From positions 160,001 through 224,000 of the forward strand of contig CAVVUN010000009.1 of assembly GCA_963751455.1 (NCBI GenBank): a stretch of DNA of 64,000 bases. Reading direction: 5' to 3'. The DNA comes from Nitrospirota bacterium. GTDB lineage: Bacteria; Nitrospirota; UBA9217. Both the position numbers and the translations under genes were made by a program. Positions 1-9,109 of this stretch are shown here, one piece after another. Position 1 is the stretch's first letter; each line of letters opens with the position of its first letter. The notes below the pieces were generated by a model. That model was not told the origin of the DNA and made no database searches. It worked only from the letters and a program-made list of their open reading frames with translations.

Positions 1-306
1 TATGAAAAGCGATTTTTTATGAGTTTGCTTGCAGAAAAACCCACTGAGGCACAAAAGAAGTACCTTGGGCGGATCCAAGACGTCATGAAAGATAAGTACC
101 GTCTTATAGACAAGTTCGCAGCTGTCAGTTTTCAATTGTCACCCGGTACAGCTGACGATGATTTGAAGATTATACAACAGGCAAAAAAGATTCGAGACCT
201 TATGTCGCATGGCGAATCTGTAGACGAGAACACTCTTCCCGTCACTGAGATTCAAAAAATCACCGGTAAATATCTGCAACTACACATATGCAAGGGAACA
301 ACTTAG
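1..306 (+). CDS. HEPN-motif protein, C-terminal part (5' partial; ApeA/HEPN-like)
   Basis: Frame open from base 1; RDLMSHG matches the HEPN Rx4H motif; stop TAG lies inside the adjacent inverted repeat. Confidence 0.5.
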   Translation, partial: YEKRFFMSLLAEKPTEAQKKYLGRIQDVMKDKYRLIDKFAAVSFQLSPGTADDDLKIIQQAKKIRDLMSHGESVDENTLPVTEIQKITGKYLQLHICKGTT

Positions 307-1372
307 GGGACGTAGTGACCGAAATGGACAAATGGTGTTGACAAGTATTATATGAATAATATAGACTCGCACCATGCCAAGGCAAGCGAGACTTGATGCT
401 CCTGGAGCGCTTCATCACCTCATGTTGCGCGGGATAAATAAAGCAACAATATTTGATGACGACCAGGACCGCGCCCTGTTTCTGAGTCGACTAGAAAAGA
501 ACATTACAGCGGCAGATGCGAAGATATACGCTTGGGTGCTCATGACGAATCATGTCCACCTTCTGTTTAAAAGTGGAAAGCAGGGAATATCCGATGTAAT
601 GAGAAAGCAATTAACCTGGTATGCTCAATATTACAATCGTCGCCACAAGCGCTCCGGGCATCTTTTTGAAAACCGCTATAAATCAGTTCTCTGCGATGAA
701 GACAACTATCTATTAGCCCTCATCCGGTATATTCACCTTAACCCGATACGAGCAGGTATTGTTAAGACACTTGAAGAACTGGATCGCTATCCCTGGTGCG
801 GACATAGCACTGTAATGGGAAAGCGGAATTGTCCATTGATGGGTGCTGATAATGTTTTAGCTGAATTTGGAGATACAAAAAGAAAAGCAAAAAATGAATA
901 TCGCCGCTTCGTACGAGAAGGAATCGCTATGGGGCGACAGCCGGAATTGGTCGGCGGTGGGCTCATCAGAAGCAAAGGCGGATGGTCACAGGTCGTGGCA
1001 GCGAGAAGGAGCGGTCAAAAGGAAGAATACGATGAACGGATACTGGGAGACGGTAACTTTGTAAATGCCATACTGAAGGAAGCAGAAGAAAAAACACTAC
1101 TTCAGCTCAAGCTACGAAGATCCGGCAAAACTCTTTCAAAAATAATCGACCAGGAATGCAACAGATGTCACATCAGCCCGAAAGAACTTAAAGAAGGGAG
1201 CCGTCGAAGAGAGGTTAGTGCGCTACGTATCAAAGTAGCCAGACGCGGTCTCGATGAATTGGGATTATCGATGGCTGAAATAGCTCGTCATGTTGGAGTG
1301 AGTACGTCTGGAATTGCGCGAGCAATTAAACGGGGAAGCGAATAGTCCATTTCGGTCACTACGTCCCCTAAG
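302..1372. mobile_element. RAYT-type transposase unit bounded by a perfect 28-bp inverted repeat
   Basis: CTTAGGGGACGTAGTGACCGAAATGGAC (302-329) and its exact reverse complement (1345-1372); no TSD visible. Confidence 0.75.
374..1345 (+). CDS. REP-associated tyrosine (Y1 HUH) transposase with C-terminal DnaA_C-like HTH
   Basis: MPRQARL...HHLMLRG, MTNHVHLL (HUH), GHLFENRYKS, YIHLNPIRAG, YPW; C-terminal LSMAEIARHVG helix-turn-helix. Confidence 0.88.
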   Translation: MPRQARLDAPGALHHLMLRGINKATIFDDDQDRALFLSRLEKNITAADAKIYAWVLMTNHVHLLFKSGKQGISDVMRKQLTWYAQYYNRRHKRSGHLFENRYKSVLCDEDNYLLALIRYIHLNPIRAGIVKTLEELDRYPWCGHSTVMGKRNCPLMGADNVLAEFGDTKRKAKNEYRRFVREGIAMGRQPELVGGGLIRSKGGWSQVVAARRSGQKEEYDERILGDGNFVNAILKEAEEKTLLQLKLRRSGKTLSKIIDQECNRCHISPKELKEGSRRREVSALRIKVARRGLDELGLSMAEIARHVGVSTSGIARAIKRGSE

Positions 1373-1507
1373 ATGCTCTTTTCTTTTAGGTAACAGTTTA
1401 GCCCTTTTAGAAGTTTTTTGATCACTCGCCCACATTGTTCTTGACTTGTGGGTGTTTTTATGGCAGAATTATATGAGTATTAATACTCATGCAAGAAGGA
1501 GGCCAAA

Positions 1508-1786
1508 ATGGCAAGAGTGGACATTTTAAAGAAGCAACAGATCAGGCTTAAAGAGGACATTTCAGCGATGCTCGATAGTTACCTTATCGGCACCGTCGCA
1601 AAGTCCCCTTCCATGTCCGGGCACAACCTGACGACCAAAGTGGAGGGAAAAACCGTTACGCTGTACGTTCGCAAGGACGTCGCATCTATGGCGACGGAGA
1701 TGAGTTTGCGGTATAAGAAGCTTTGGGCGCTGATCCAGAAGCTCTCTAAGGTGAACTGGGAGATACTCAATCTGGAGAGCAAATAA
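1508..1786 (+). CDS. IS accessory protein, DUF6788-like
   Basis: Strong RBS AAGGAGG; LTTKVEGKTVTLYV...YKKLWALIQKLSKVN pattern; inside IS directly before transposase. Confidence 0.6.
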   Translation: MARVDILKKQQIRLKEDISAMLDSYLIGTVAKSPSMSGHNLTTKVEGKTVTLYVRKDVASMATEMSLRYKKLWALIQKLSKVNWEILNLESK

Positions 1787-1788
1787 GG

Positions 1789-3324
1789 ATGGGCCGGCAT
1801 CCCTGGCCGCCGTATGATTATGTCTGCCTCTATGAGCATACCTGTCCCTATCTGGACGGACTTTCCACATCATGGGTTCTGAGTCAGTACCGGAGGGCCG
1901 ATGATGTGTATCATGAACACTTGCTAATCATCGATGCCTTTTCCGCTCAGTTGAAGGCCAGCGAAGATCGGGGGCGTGTGTTGGAGCGGGAGAACGCGGA
2001 ACTCAAGGCGAAGTATCAGGCCTTGCACCGCAAGCAGTTCAAGCCGAATCGGCGGAAGAAGGATGAGGTGGTCGAAGAAAAGACCGGAGTCACCGGAAAG
2101 AAGAAGCGCGGAGCGCCGGTTGGACATCCGGCATGGTGCCGGCCCATCCCGGAACGGATCGACCGGATTGTTCAGGTGCCCGTCCCTTCTGTCTGTCCCC
2201 ACTGCGGATCCGGGAATTTGACTCCTGAAGGCACGCTTCACGAACATATCCAGGAAGACATCGTTATCAAACCCCAAACCGTTGTTACGAAGTATGTGCA
2301 TGAAGAGGGGTTCTGTCCGCGCTGCCGGCGGCCGGTGGTTGCGGCGGGGCCGGATGAGATTCCAAACGCTCCCATCGGACCGCTTGCCAAGTCCACTGCC
2401 GGATATCTACGCTATGAGATCGGCATCCCTTACCGGAAGGCGAAACGGATACTGGAGGACTTGTTCGGACTTTCCTGTGTGCCGGCCTCGCTCGTTGGTT
2501 TTGATCGAAGGGCGGCCAAACGAGGGGAGCCCATTTACGAGGACGTCCGTGAAAAGGTCAGAGCCTCGAACGTGATACATGCAGACGAGACTTCATGGAG
2601 AAACGACGGAGCGGGATATTTCGTATGGTTCGCGGGAAATGACGATCTTGCCTTCTTTCACATAGACCGGCATCGGTCTGCGGAAGCGGCAAAGGCTGTC
2701 TTCGGTAAGGATTTCAATGGAGTGCTGGTGCGGGACCGTTACGCGGCATACAACGGTATTGGTCACGACTGGCAGGCCTGTCTGGCCCACATCATTACCA
2801 ATGCCAAAGACCTACGCAGGGAGCATGCGCTCTTGCCGATTCGCGAGCAAGACCGGGCTGTCACTGTTTTCTGTGACCGTATTACAGATCTCTGCTCTCA
2901 GGCATGCCAAGCGGCGCACAAACTCCAATCCGGCAAAATCATTTGGGAGGAGGCACCGGTCATTGAGAAGCGGCTCATCCGGGACTTGAAGAAAATTTGC
3001 AAACACCCGCTGCGGTTCAAGCCTGCCGATACTCTGCGGACGTTTCTGATCGGACCTGAGCAAAAACATCTTTTCACGTTCCTGCGCATTCCAGGCGTAC
3101 CGCCTACGAATAATCACGCCGAGCAATCCTTGCGAAAAATGGTGATCTTCAGGAAGGTCTGTTTCGGCACTCGTTCAGACAGCGGACTCAAAACCCACAG
3201 CATCATTCCAACGCTCATACAGACCGCCCGACGACAGGGCGTCCATCCGAGGGAATTCCTGCATACCCTCCATACGGCCGATACCGTAACAGCACAGGCC
3301 TCCTTATATAATAATTCAAGTTGA
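1789..3324 (+). CDS. IS66 family DDE transposase (TnpC-like)
   Basis: Coiled coil, CPHCG/CPRC zinc finger, HADETSW, LVRDRYAAY, QACLAHI, PPTNNHAEQSLR. Confidence 0.93.
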   Translation: MGRHPWPPYDYVCLYEHTCPYLDGLSTSWVLSQYRRADDVYHEHLLIIDAFSAQLKASEDRGRVLERENAELKAKYQALHRKQFKPNRRKKDEVVEEKTGVTGKKKRGAPVGHPAWCRPIPERIDRIVQVPVPSVCPHCGSGNLTPEGTLHEHIQEDIVIKPQTVVTKYVHEEGFCPRCRRPVVAAGPDEIPNAPIGPLAKSTAGYLRYEIGIPYRKAKRILEDLFGLSCVPASLVGFDRRAAKRGEPIYEDVREKVRASNVIHADETSWRNDGAGYFVWFAGNDDLAFFHIDRHRSAEAAKAVFGKDFNGVLVRDRYAAYNGIGHDWQACLAHIITNAKDLRREHALLPIREQDRAVTVFCDRITDLCSQACQAAHKLQSGKIIWEEAPVIEKRLIRDLKKICKHPLRFKPADTLRTFLIGPEQKHLFTFLRIPGVPPTNNHAEQSLRKMVIFRKVCFGTRSDSGLKTHSIIPTLIQTARRQGVHPREFLHTLHTADTVTAQASLYNNSS

Positions 3325-3549
3325 AAAGAAATCCGATCGAGAATACAATCAGGGGCAGTTCTGCATTCCGGTCTGCGCCGATACCGCGAGAAGAGCGGTG
3401 TGCTCTTTCAGCGGTGTGGAGCTCTATCTATTGAGAAAGGGCTAAACTGTTACTCTTTTAGGACCTGTCTAGCCATGGCAAAAATGGTGAGTGAACCGGA
3501 ACTAGGGAAGCGCTTGCTGACTTTGTATCAAAGCATATGGGCAGACGCA

Positions 3550-3611
3550 CCATAACAATTCGCTGCAGCGGACGGCCCTGACGGGTCGCCGCTGAGCTTC
3601 ATTCGTTAATT
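3550..3611 (+). other. Integron attC-like recombination site
   Basis: CCATAAC...GCTGCAGCGGACG...CGCCGCTGAGC...GTTAATT: AAC/GTT R boxes, L boxes pairing with two extrahelical bases, short central hairpin. Confidence 0.75.
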
Positions 3612-3622
3612 CCGAGGAGCAT

Positions 3623-4159
3623 ATGAATAGAAATCATATTTCGAATCCGATGCGCTATTTTATTATTTTCACAGCCATTCTAAGTATCGCATCCTGTAGC
3701 GTTAACAGATCTTTAAAAACGACGAGATCAGAAAGCGGATTGCAAGTGACACATTCATCGCTAACGATTAATGATGTTCCCAAAGAGTTAATTCAGACGA
3801 TGAATTACAAATATGCTTTCTTCTACCGATCCGAGGTGATCAATAATACAGACAGACCTATAAAAGTCATCTGGTTCGACGGCTTTTTTAATGATAACGG
3901 CATCTGGTTCGCAAGTAATGTGCGAAATAAGGTGCTTCGCGGATCCGATTTTATGAATTGGTACTTCCATCAGGCGGACATGGACAAGGATGGTTGGATA
4001 CGACCTGGAGGAAAAGCGATCTGTACTGTTAATTGGCACGCGTCAGATACCCCTGATGATTTGCAGAGTAAATGGGCCTACATCGGAATTGATGCACAAG
4101 GAAACGATTATTTTGTAGAAGCTGTCGTTCCGGAGATAAAAGCGGAAAAACTGCAATAG
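3623..4159 (+). CDS. Hypothetical lipoprotein (gene-cassette ORF)
   Basis: RBS GAGGAG just after attC GTT; hydrophobic signal ending SIASC; AT-richer than core genes. Confidence 0.75.
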   Translation: MNRNHISNPMRYFIIFTAILSIASCSVNRSLKTTRSESGLQVTHSSLTINDVPKELIQTMNYKYAFFYRSEVINNTDRPIKVIWFDGFFNDNGIWFASNVRNKVLRGSDFMNWYFHQADMDKDGWIRPGGKAICTVNWHASDTPDDLQSKWAYIGIDAQGNDYFVEAVVPEIKAEKLQ

Positions 4160-4206
4160 ATTAATTTATTGCCAGATAGAAGACTGATCTTATTGCATGA
4201 TTGATG

Positions 4207-4268
4207 TTTTAACTTGTGGTCGAGACCGACGCGCAAAAAAGACGCGCCTCTCAGCCGAGCCGTTGCCG
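4207..4268 (+). other. Degenerate attC-like site
   Basis: TTTTAAC...GAGACCGACGCGCAAAAAAGACGCGCCTCTCAGCC...GTTGCCG; same size and orientation as the first attC. Confidence 0.55.
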
Positions 4269-4494
4269 AATAAGCTAATAGGTTATTTCAGAGATTATGA
4301 AGATGATTATGACCCTTTTAAATTTTGTTATCCTGCCGTTCATCCTTCACGTTTGTTTCCAGGCATCAGCCTATCGGTTATTATAACTTTGCTGAGGTAT
4401 GCGAGATCCCTGATTCAAATGCATTTAATTTGACTGACATGTCCCTTTTGTGCGCTATCTGGCTGAGCCAGTCATGGTTGTTTCTTCTTTTGCC

Positions 4495-4522
4495 TTGACA
4501 TATTGTTGCATCTCACCATAAT
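4495..4522 (+). promoter_or_regulatory. Sigma70-like promoter for yeeE/yedE pair
   Basis: TTGACA-16 nt-CATAAT upstream of RBS AAGGAGG. Confidence 0.45.
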
Positions 4523-4614
4523 ATAATTATATATATTCGAAACAAACGTTTTCTCAATTCTTCGAAAGCATCATCACCGCTTGTATTATTCTTTCTTCAT
4601 CTAAGGAGGACTTT

Positions 4615-5118
4615 ATGAAAGTCACGCATTGGTCGCCTTATCTTGCCGGTGTAGGACTCGGCTTGACGCTTCTGGCTTCGTTCATGATCGCGGGACAGGG
4701 ACTCGGAGCATCGCGGGCATTTACGGTTGCGGCCGGCAAAGGCATTCAGACAATACTCCCCGCATACGCCGAAAGTTCGTCCTATCTCTCGAAGTACCTG
4801 GAACTCCCTCTTTTTAAAGACTGGACAGTTGTTTTAGTAACCGGGTTGCTGATCGGCGCAATGGCAGGCACGGTGATGAACCGCAGTTTCAAGGTCTGCT
4901 TTGACCGGGGAACTGGCGTTTCAGTCGCGCTGAGATTCGTGACTGCATTCACAGGCGGAGTAGTGCTTGGCTTTGCGAGCAGGCTCGCACGCGGATGCAC
5001 AAGCGGGGTAGCGCTTACAGGCGGCTCCCAATTGGCGCTGTCCGGATGGGTCTTCGTCATCGCCATGTTCGTAACCGGTTTTCTGTCTGCAGGGTTTTTC
5101 AGGAGGTTATGGTCATGA
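4615..5118 (+). CDS. YeeE/YedE (thiosulfate/sulfur transport) family protein
   Basis: WSPYLAGVGLG, GLGAS, RLARGCTSG motif. Confidence 0.88.
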   Translation: MKVTHWSPYLAGVGLGLTLLASFMIAGQGLGASRAFTVAAGKGIQTILPAYAESSSYLSKYLELPLFKDWTVVLVTGLLIGAMAGTVMNRSFKVCFDRGTGVSVALRFVTAFTGGVVLGFASRLARGCTSGVALTGGSQLALSGWVFVIAMFVTGFLSAGFFRRLWS

Positions 5119-5720
5119 ACGCACCTCTTATGTTAAGCGAAAATGCGAATCTGATTATGGCCCTCTTCCTGGGCATTTTCTTCGGCTTCTTTTTGGAAAG
5201 GGGAGGACTGGGCAATCCTCACAGGCTTACCGGGGTCTTCTACCTGACAGATTTCGCGGTGCCGAAGGCGATGTTTACCGCGATCCTTGTAGCCGCGACA
5301 GGACTCTGCCTGTTGTCCGACCTGAAGGTCCTGGATATCAGCAGGGTCTGGATCATTCCGACGTTCTTCTGGCCGCAGCTTCTGGGCGGCGCGCTTTTCG
5401 GCATCGGCTATATCATCAGCGGATACTGTCCGGGGACTGCCGCAGTTGGTTTCGCTTCCGGTAGAATGGACGCGCTCGTCACAATGATCGGGATCGGAAG
5501 CGGGGCGCTCTTGTTCGCGGGGGTCTTCCCCTGGCTTGAAGGTTTTTATAAGACGAGCGACATGGGGCAGATGACTATTCCGGAATTGACAGGCGTCAAT
5601 CATTGGATTGTTCTGGCAATCATGTACATTTTTGCAGGCGCCGCGTTCTATGCGATGGAGCGGTTTGAAAGAAGGGGATTGCATTCCGGGAAAGAGAAGC
5701 CTCTTAATGCAGCAACATAA
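5115..5720 (+). CDS. YeeE/YedE family protein, second half
   Basis: GIFFGFFLERGG, GGALFGIG, SGYCPGT; ATGA overlap with upstream stop. Confidence 0.88.
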   Translation: MNAPLMLSENANLIMALFLGIFFGFFLERGGLGNPHRLTGVFYLTDFAVPKAMFTAILVAATGLCLLSDLKVLDISRVWIIPTFFWPQLLGGALFGIGYIISGYCPGTAAVGFASGRMDALVTMIGIGSGALLFAGVFPWLEGFYKTSDMGQMTIPELTGVNHWIVLAIMYIFAGAAFYAMERFERRGLHSGKEKPLNAAT

Positions 5721-5774
5721 AACTAGACGACATCAGCACTGTTTATCGGCGAGATGAAGAGCTTCTTCAATGAC

Positions 5775-5807
5775 AAAAAAGCAGCCGATCAACGGATGAT
5801 CGGCTGC
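5775..5807 (-). terminator. Rho-independent terminator between convergent genes
   Basis: AAAAAA-GCAGCCGATCA-ACGGA-TGATCGGCTGC hairpin. Confidence 0.7.
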
Positions 5808-5830
5808 CTGAAAACAGGTATATAAAAATA

Positions 5831-6514
5831 TTAATACCCGCCACTAGGTATTTCGCTTGATCCGCCTCCTGTTCCTTCATATGTTCCTGTTCCACCGGTT
5901 GCTCCGCCGGGAAGCTCTTCGTTCGATTCACCTTCCATTTCTTCAAACGGTTCTAACCCGGGAGCGGTCTCTCCGGGTATTACTTCAGTTGATTCGTCGC
6001 CGACTCCACCTGCAGCAGTGCCGGCAACAGAAGATTCTGCAAGCGCTGTTTTGATTTCTCTGTGAACGCTGTCCTCGATAGCGCTTAATCTGTCGAGAAC
6101 ACTCGATGTATCCATATCAAAGTTGCTTGCGACCTGGTCCCATGTGCCCTTGCTGGTTTTGGCTTTCATGACTTCATTGACATTGTAGTTGGTGATCCCA
6201 CCGGGCAAATGTTCTGCAAATGCAAAGATCGCGGCCACATCTCCGTATTTCAGGTTATGCAGCATCAATCCGGTGATTCTGTCAGGGCTCACCTTGAACT
6301 CGTCCACTAATTCTTTCGAGATGATCCTGTCACCCTCCGGCATATTTGCGTGGTAGTTGAGCATCGATATTTCCGCGTTCAATTTGCCGAGATCTGCTGA
6401 CTTTTTATCGCCCGACAATACCTGTGTTCCCGCTGCTGATGCAGCGCCGGCCATTGCAGCCACAAGAACCGCAATCGTTGCGAGCGAGGAAAGTGTTGTA
6501 ATAAACCTTTTCAT
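5831..6514 (-). CDS. Secreted hypothetical protein with acidic Gly/Glu-rich tail
   Basis: RBS AGGAGG before MKRF; signal peptide ending ASA; 227-codon ORF. Confidence 0.75.
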   Translation of the reverse strand: MKRFITTLSSLATIAVLVAAMAGAASAAGTQVLSGDKKSADLGKLNAEISMLNYHANMPEGDRIISKELVDEFKVSPDRITGLMLHNLKYGDVAAIFAFAEHLPGGITNYNVNEVMKAKTSKGTWDQVASNFDMDTSSVLDRLSAIEDSVHREIKTALAESSVAGTAAGGVGDESTEVIPGETAPGLEPFEEMEGESNEELPGGATGGTGTYEGTGGGSSEIPSGGY

Positions 6515-6702
6515 GACAAACCTCCTTTCAAACACTTTATTTCATGTCTTCAAGATCCTCCATTGTGATTCATGAGGATAAACAAAATATAGCATTGTCA
6601 CTCATCTTGCGCAAATTGGTCGCGTTTGTTAGTCAAGCGAAGCTTCATTCTATTGCCTTTTTAAATCGTTTGTGATAGCTTTTATCGCAACAATAATACC
6701 AA

Positions 6703-6793
6703 ACACTCAGAGAAGTCGATACTCTGACACTGCGATACTTTTGACGCGACACTCTGATACTTTGACGCTTGATACTCTCTGACACTTTGCACT
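6703..6793. repeat. Degenerate ~8-mer tandem microrepeat (GAYACTYT)
   Basis: gatactct gacactgc gatacttt ... gacactct gatacttt ... gacacttt. Confidence 0.6.
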
Positions 6794-6806
6794 GCCGAGG
6801 TACTCA

Positions 6807-7520
6807 TTGCACCTTAAAAGCGTAACTCTTCATCCGGACAAATATCCCACGCGGGAACATTATCCCTTCAGTCTCCCTATCTTTCACCAGGCCCAAACCC
6901 TGTCTTTCAGCACTCCGGTCACCATGTTCGTCGGTGAAAACGGTACAGGGAAATCAACCCTCCTGGAAGCGCTTGCTCATCTGTGCGGCATTTACATCTG
7001 GCGCGATACGAACAGGAGACGCTATCAGTATAACCGTTATGAAGATACTTTCTTCCAGCATCTATCGATCGAGTGGACAGAAGACCGCGTACCCGGAGCA
7101 TTTTTCGGCTCGAATATCTTCGAGCACTTTGCTCAATTGCTCGACGAGTGGGCTGCAAACGACCCCGGCCAGCTCGAGTATTTCGGCGGCAAATCACTGA
7201 TGTCCCAATCCCACGGCCAATCGCTCATGTCGTTCTTCAAAAGCCGTTATCAGCGCAAAGGAATTTATTTGCTCGACGAACCCGAAACAGCCCTTTCTCC
7301 GCGAAGCCAGCTGGAACTACTGGAACTCCTGGCTGCTACAACCGCCACCGGCCGCGCTCAATTCATTATCGTGACTCATTCTCCGATTCTGCTGGCCTGT
7401 CCCGGAGCTGTTATCTACAGCTTTGACGCCAGCACTATAAAAAAAACCACATATGAAGAGACAACGCACTATCAGCTTTACAAAAGCTTTTTGAACGATA
7501 GAAGCAAATATCTGCCGTAA
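6807..7520 (+). CDS. Predicted ABC/AAA-type ATPase (COG3910-like)
   Basis: Walker A GENGTGKS, SHGQS signature, LLDEPETALSP, THS. Confidence 0.88.
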   Translation: MHLKSVTLHPDKYPTREHYPFSLPIFHQAQTLSFSTPVTMFVGENGTGKSTLLEALAHLCGIYIWRDTNRRRYQYNRYEDTFFQHLSIEWTEDRVPGAFFGSNIFEHFAQLLDEWAANDPGQLEYFGGKSLMSQSHGQSLMSFFKSRYQRKGIYLLDEPETALSPRSQLELLELLAATTATGRAQFIIVTHSPILLACPGAVIYSFDASTIKKTTYEETTHYQLYKSFLNDRSKYLP

Positions 7521-7577
7521 AACGGCAGCGCGTGTGTAGAAAGGGACTGGGTTGCAAGCAGTCGGAAAGGGGGCTTT

Positions 7578-8150
7578 ATGGATGACGTGATGGCAAAGGG
7601 AGTGACTTTTTTATATGCTAAAAAATTTATATTGGAAAATTACGGCGAAGATGTCTGGAACAGGATATTGGCCTCCCTGTCACAGGATGCCGTAAAGGTC
7701 TGGCGCGATACCCCGTTGGTTGCCTCACTGTATCCTTTCCGGAGCTTTAAAATGATGACAACCGCTCTTGCGAAAGAAATCGGGGCGGTCAAGGAAGCGG
7801 AAACCGCCCGAATCTACGAATATATCGCGGAAAACAGTCTGAGCAAGGTATACCAGATATTTTTTCATATGACTAATCCGTCCTTCGTCCTTAAAAACTA
7901 TCCCAAATTGTGGAGCCGCTTCTTCGATTCCGGCAAAGTGGAAGTTCCATCTGCAGAGAAAGGCAGCGCGGTGATCAAATTTACTCTTCCTGACATATTC
8001 CTCGACTGGATTTCTCCGGCCTGTCTCGGTTTTTCCAAGAAAGCGGTTGAAATGGCCGGTGGCAGGAATCTCTTGATGCAGCAGATCAGCAAGACCGTGT
8101 CGCCTGACAGGGCATGGGAAATTGTTTTTGAATTAAAATGGGATGAATAG
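7578..8150 (+). CDS. H-NOX/V4R-like protein (DUF2378-like)
   Basis: KGVTF...ENYGEDVWNRIL N-terminus; PKLWSRFFDSG; C-terminal FELKW. Confidence 0.6.
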   Translation: MDDVMAKGVTFLYAKKFILENYGEDVWNRILASLSQDAVKVWRDTPLVASLYPFRSFKMMTTALAKEIGAVKEAETARIYEYIAENSLSKVYQIFFHMTNPSFVLKNYPKLWSRFFDSGKVEVPSAEKGSAVIKFTLPDIFLDWISPACLGFSKKAVEMAGGRNLLMQQISKTVSPDRAWEIVFELKWDE

Positions 8151-8251
8151 AGATTGCACATGTTTTCAATAGATCGCTCGCTGAAGACTGACTGAGACAC
8201 AAAGTTAATTCATGAAGGGAGCTGGTAGTCCTGCACGCAGGACAGCTGCAT

Positions 8252-8920
8252 CTAAAATCTCCACGTCAGCACCAGCAATTCCTGCCCTTTGCCGATTTTC
8301 AAGTCCGCGGATATATCATCTGATTTTTTTTCTGTTCCCCCGGTAACGTAATCAATCGACTTCGCCGCAACCACAATTAAAGGCAAGGAATAGAAAGTGC
8401 GCCGAAACCGGTCGTTTTCCGAATGAGTATCATCGTCAGTGTTCCGCAAGTTGTAAAGCCCTATCCCGATTACCCCGGCCACAAGCGTGGCATTTCCCCA
8501 ATCGTTTAATTTATCTGATGCTGCAAGGGGAGACAACAGGACCAGTGAACCACCAACCGCCACGGGATATTCTTTGGCGGCCCACGCGTCGAAATACAAT
8601 ACTCCTCCTGTCAATGCAGTTAAACCTAACACTTTTCCGGTTTTGACGAGTGTGCTGTCTGTCTCAGAGAATAAAGGACGCTCTGTCCCGGGTTGTGTAT
8701 TGGATTCAGTATCGGCAAAGGCGCGGTTAGTCAGTGAGCAGAATGCCGAAAGGAGAACGGTTGTCAGCAGGAGCGTCTTAATTAAGAACAGATCAGGGTT
8801 ACGGAGTTTTTTCGGCGATACGGGAAAAATGTTCAATGTTGTTTCTCCTGTTCCTTGAAATTGAGAATAGAATAAATAACAGGAGGAGTCAAGAAAACAA
8901 GCTGGATGCAAATAGAGCAC
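8252..8920 (-). CDS. Hypothetical exported/membrane protein (true start probably downstream)
   Basis: Long ORF; signal-like LLLTTVLLSAFC...AFA; hydrophobic segments; ends LTWRF. Confidence 0.55.
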   Translation of the reverse strand: MLYLHPACFLDSSCYLFYSQFQGTGETTLNIFPVSPKKLRNPDLFLIKTLLLTTVLLSAFCSLTNRAFADTESNTQPGTERPLFSETDSTLVKTGKVLGLTALTGGVLYFDAWAAKEYPVAVGGSLVLLSPLAASDKLNDWGNATLVAGVIGIGLYNLRNTDDDTHSENDRFRRTFYSLPLIVVAAKSIDYVTGGTEKKSDDISADLKIGKGQELLVLTWRF

Positions 8921-8943
8921 GATAATTTAATCTAATATAATTT

Positions 8944-9109
8944 GTAACCATTCAGCTTCTTTTCAGAACGGCATTAAGACAAATCTGAGAAAAAACCCTT
9001 CTATCCGCAGATTTCGCAGATTTACGCAGATTTTAACCGGAATTCTGGTTTTGTTTTTATCTGCGAAATCTGCGTAATCTGCGGATAAAAAAATGACCTG
9101 AATAGTTAC
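8944..9109 (+). mobile_element. MITE family A (IS66-like GTAAC ends), copy 1
   Basis: Ends GTAACCATTCAG / CTGAATAGTTAC; 8-bp TSD TATAATTT (8936-8943 / 9110-9117). Confidence 0.88.

Larger units (their letters stand above)
1390..3453 (+). mobile_element. IS66-family insertion sequence (no tnpB accessory gene; ISBst12-like organisation)
   Basis: 18-bp TIR GTAACAGTTTAGCCCTTT (1390-1407 / 3436-3453); 8-bp TSD TCTTTTAG (1382-1389 / 3454-3461). Confidence 0.92.

Noticed and set aside
4197-4433. 78-aa ORF
   Set aside because: Runs through the attC-like site and has no protein features
9001-9090. CGCAGATTT repeats as a CRISPR array
   Set aside because: Units are 9 nt, tandem and inverted, with no unique 25-45 nt spacers and no cas genes
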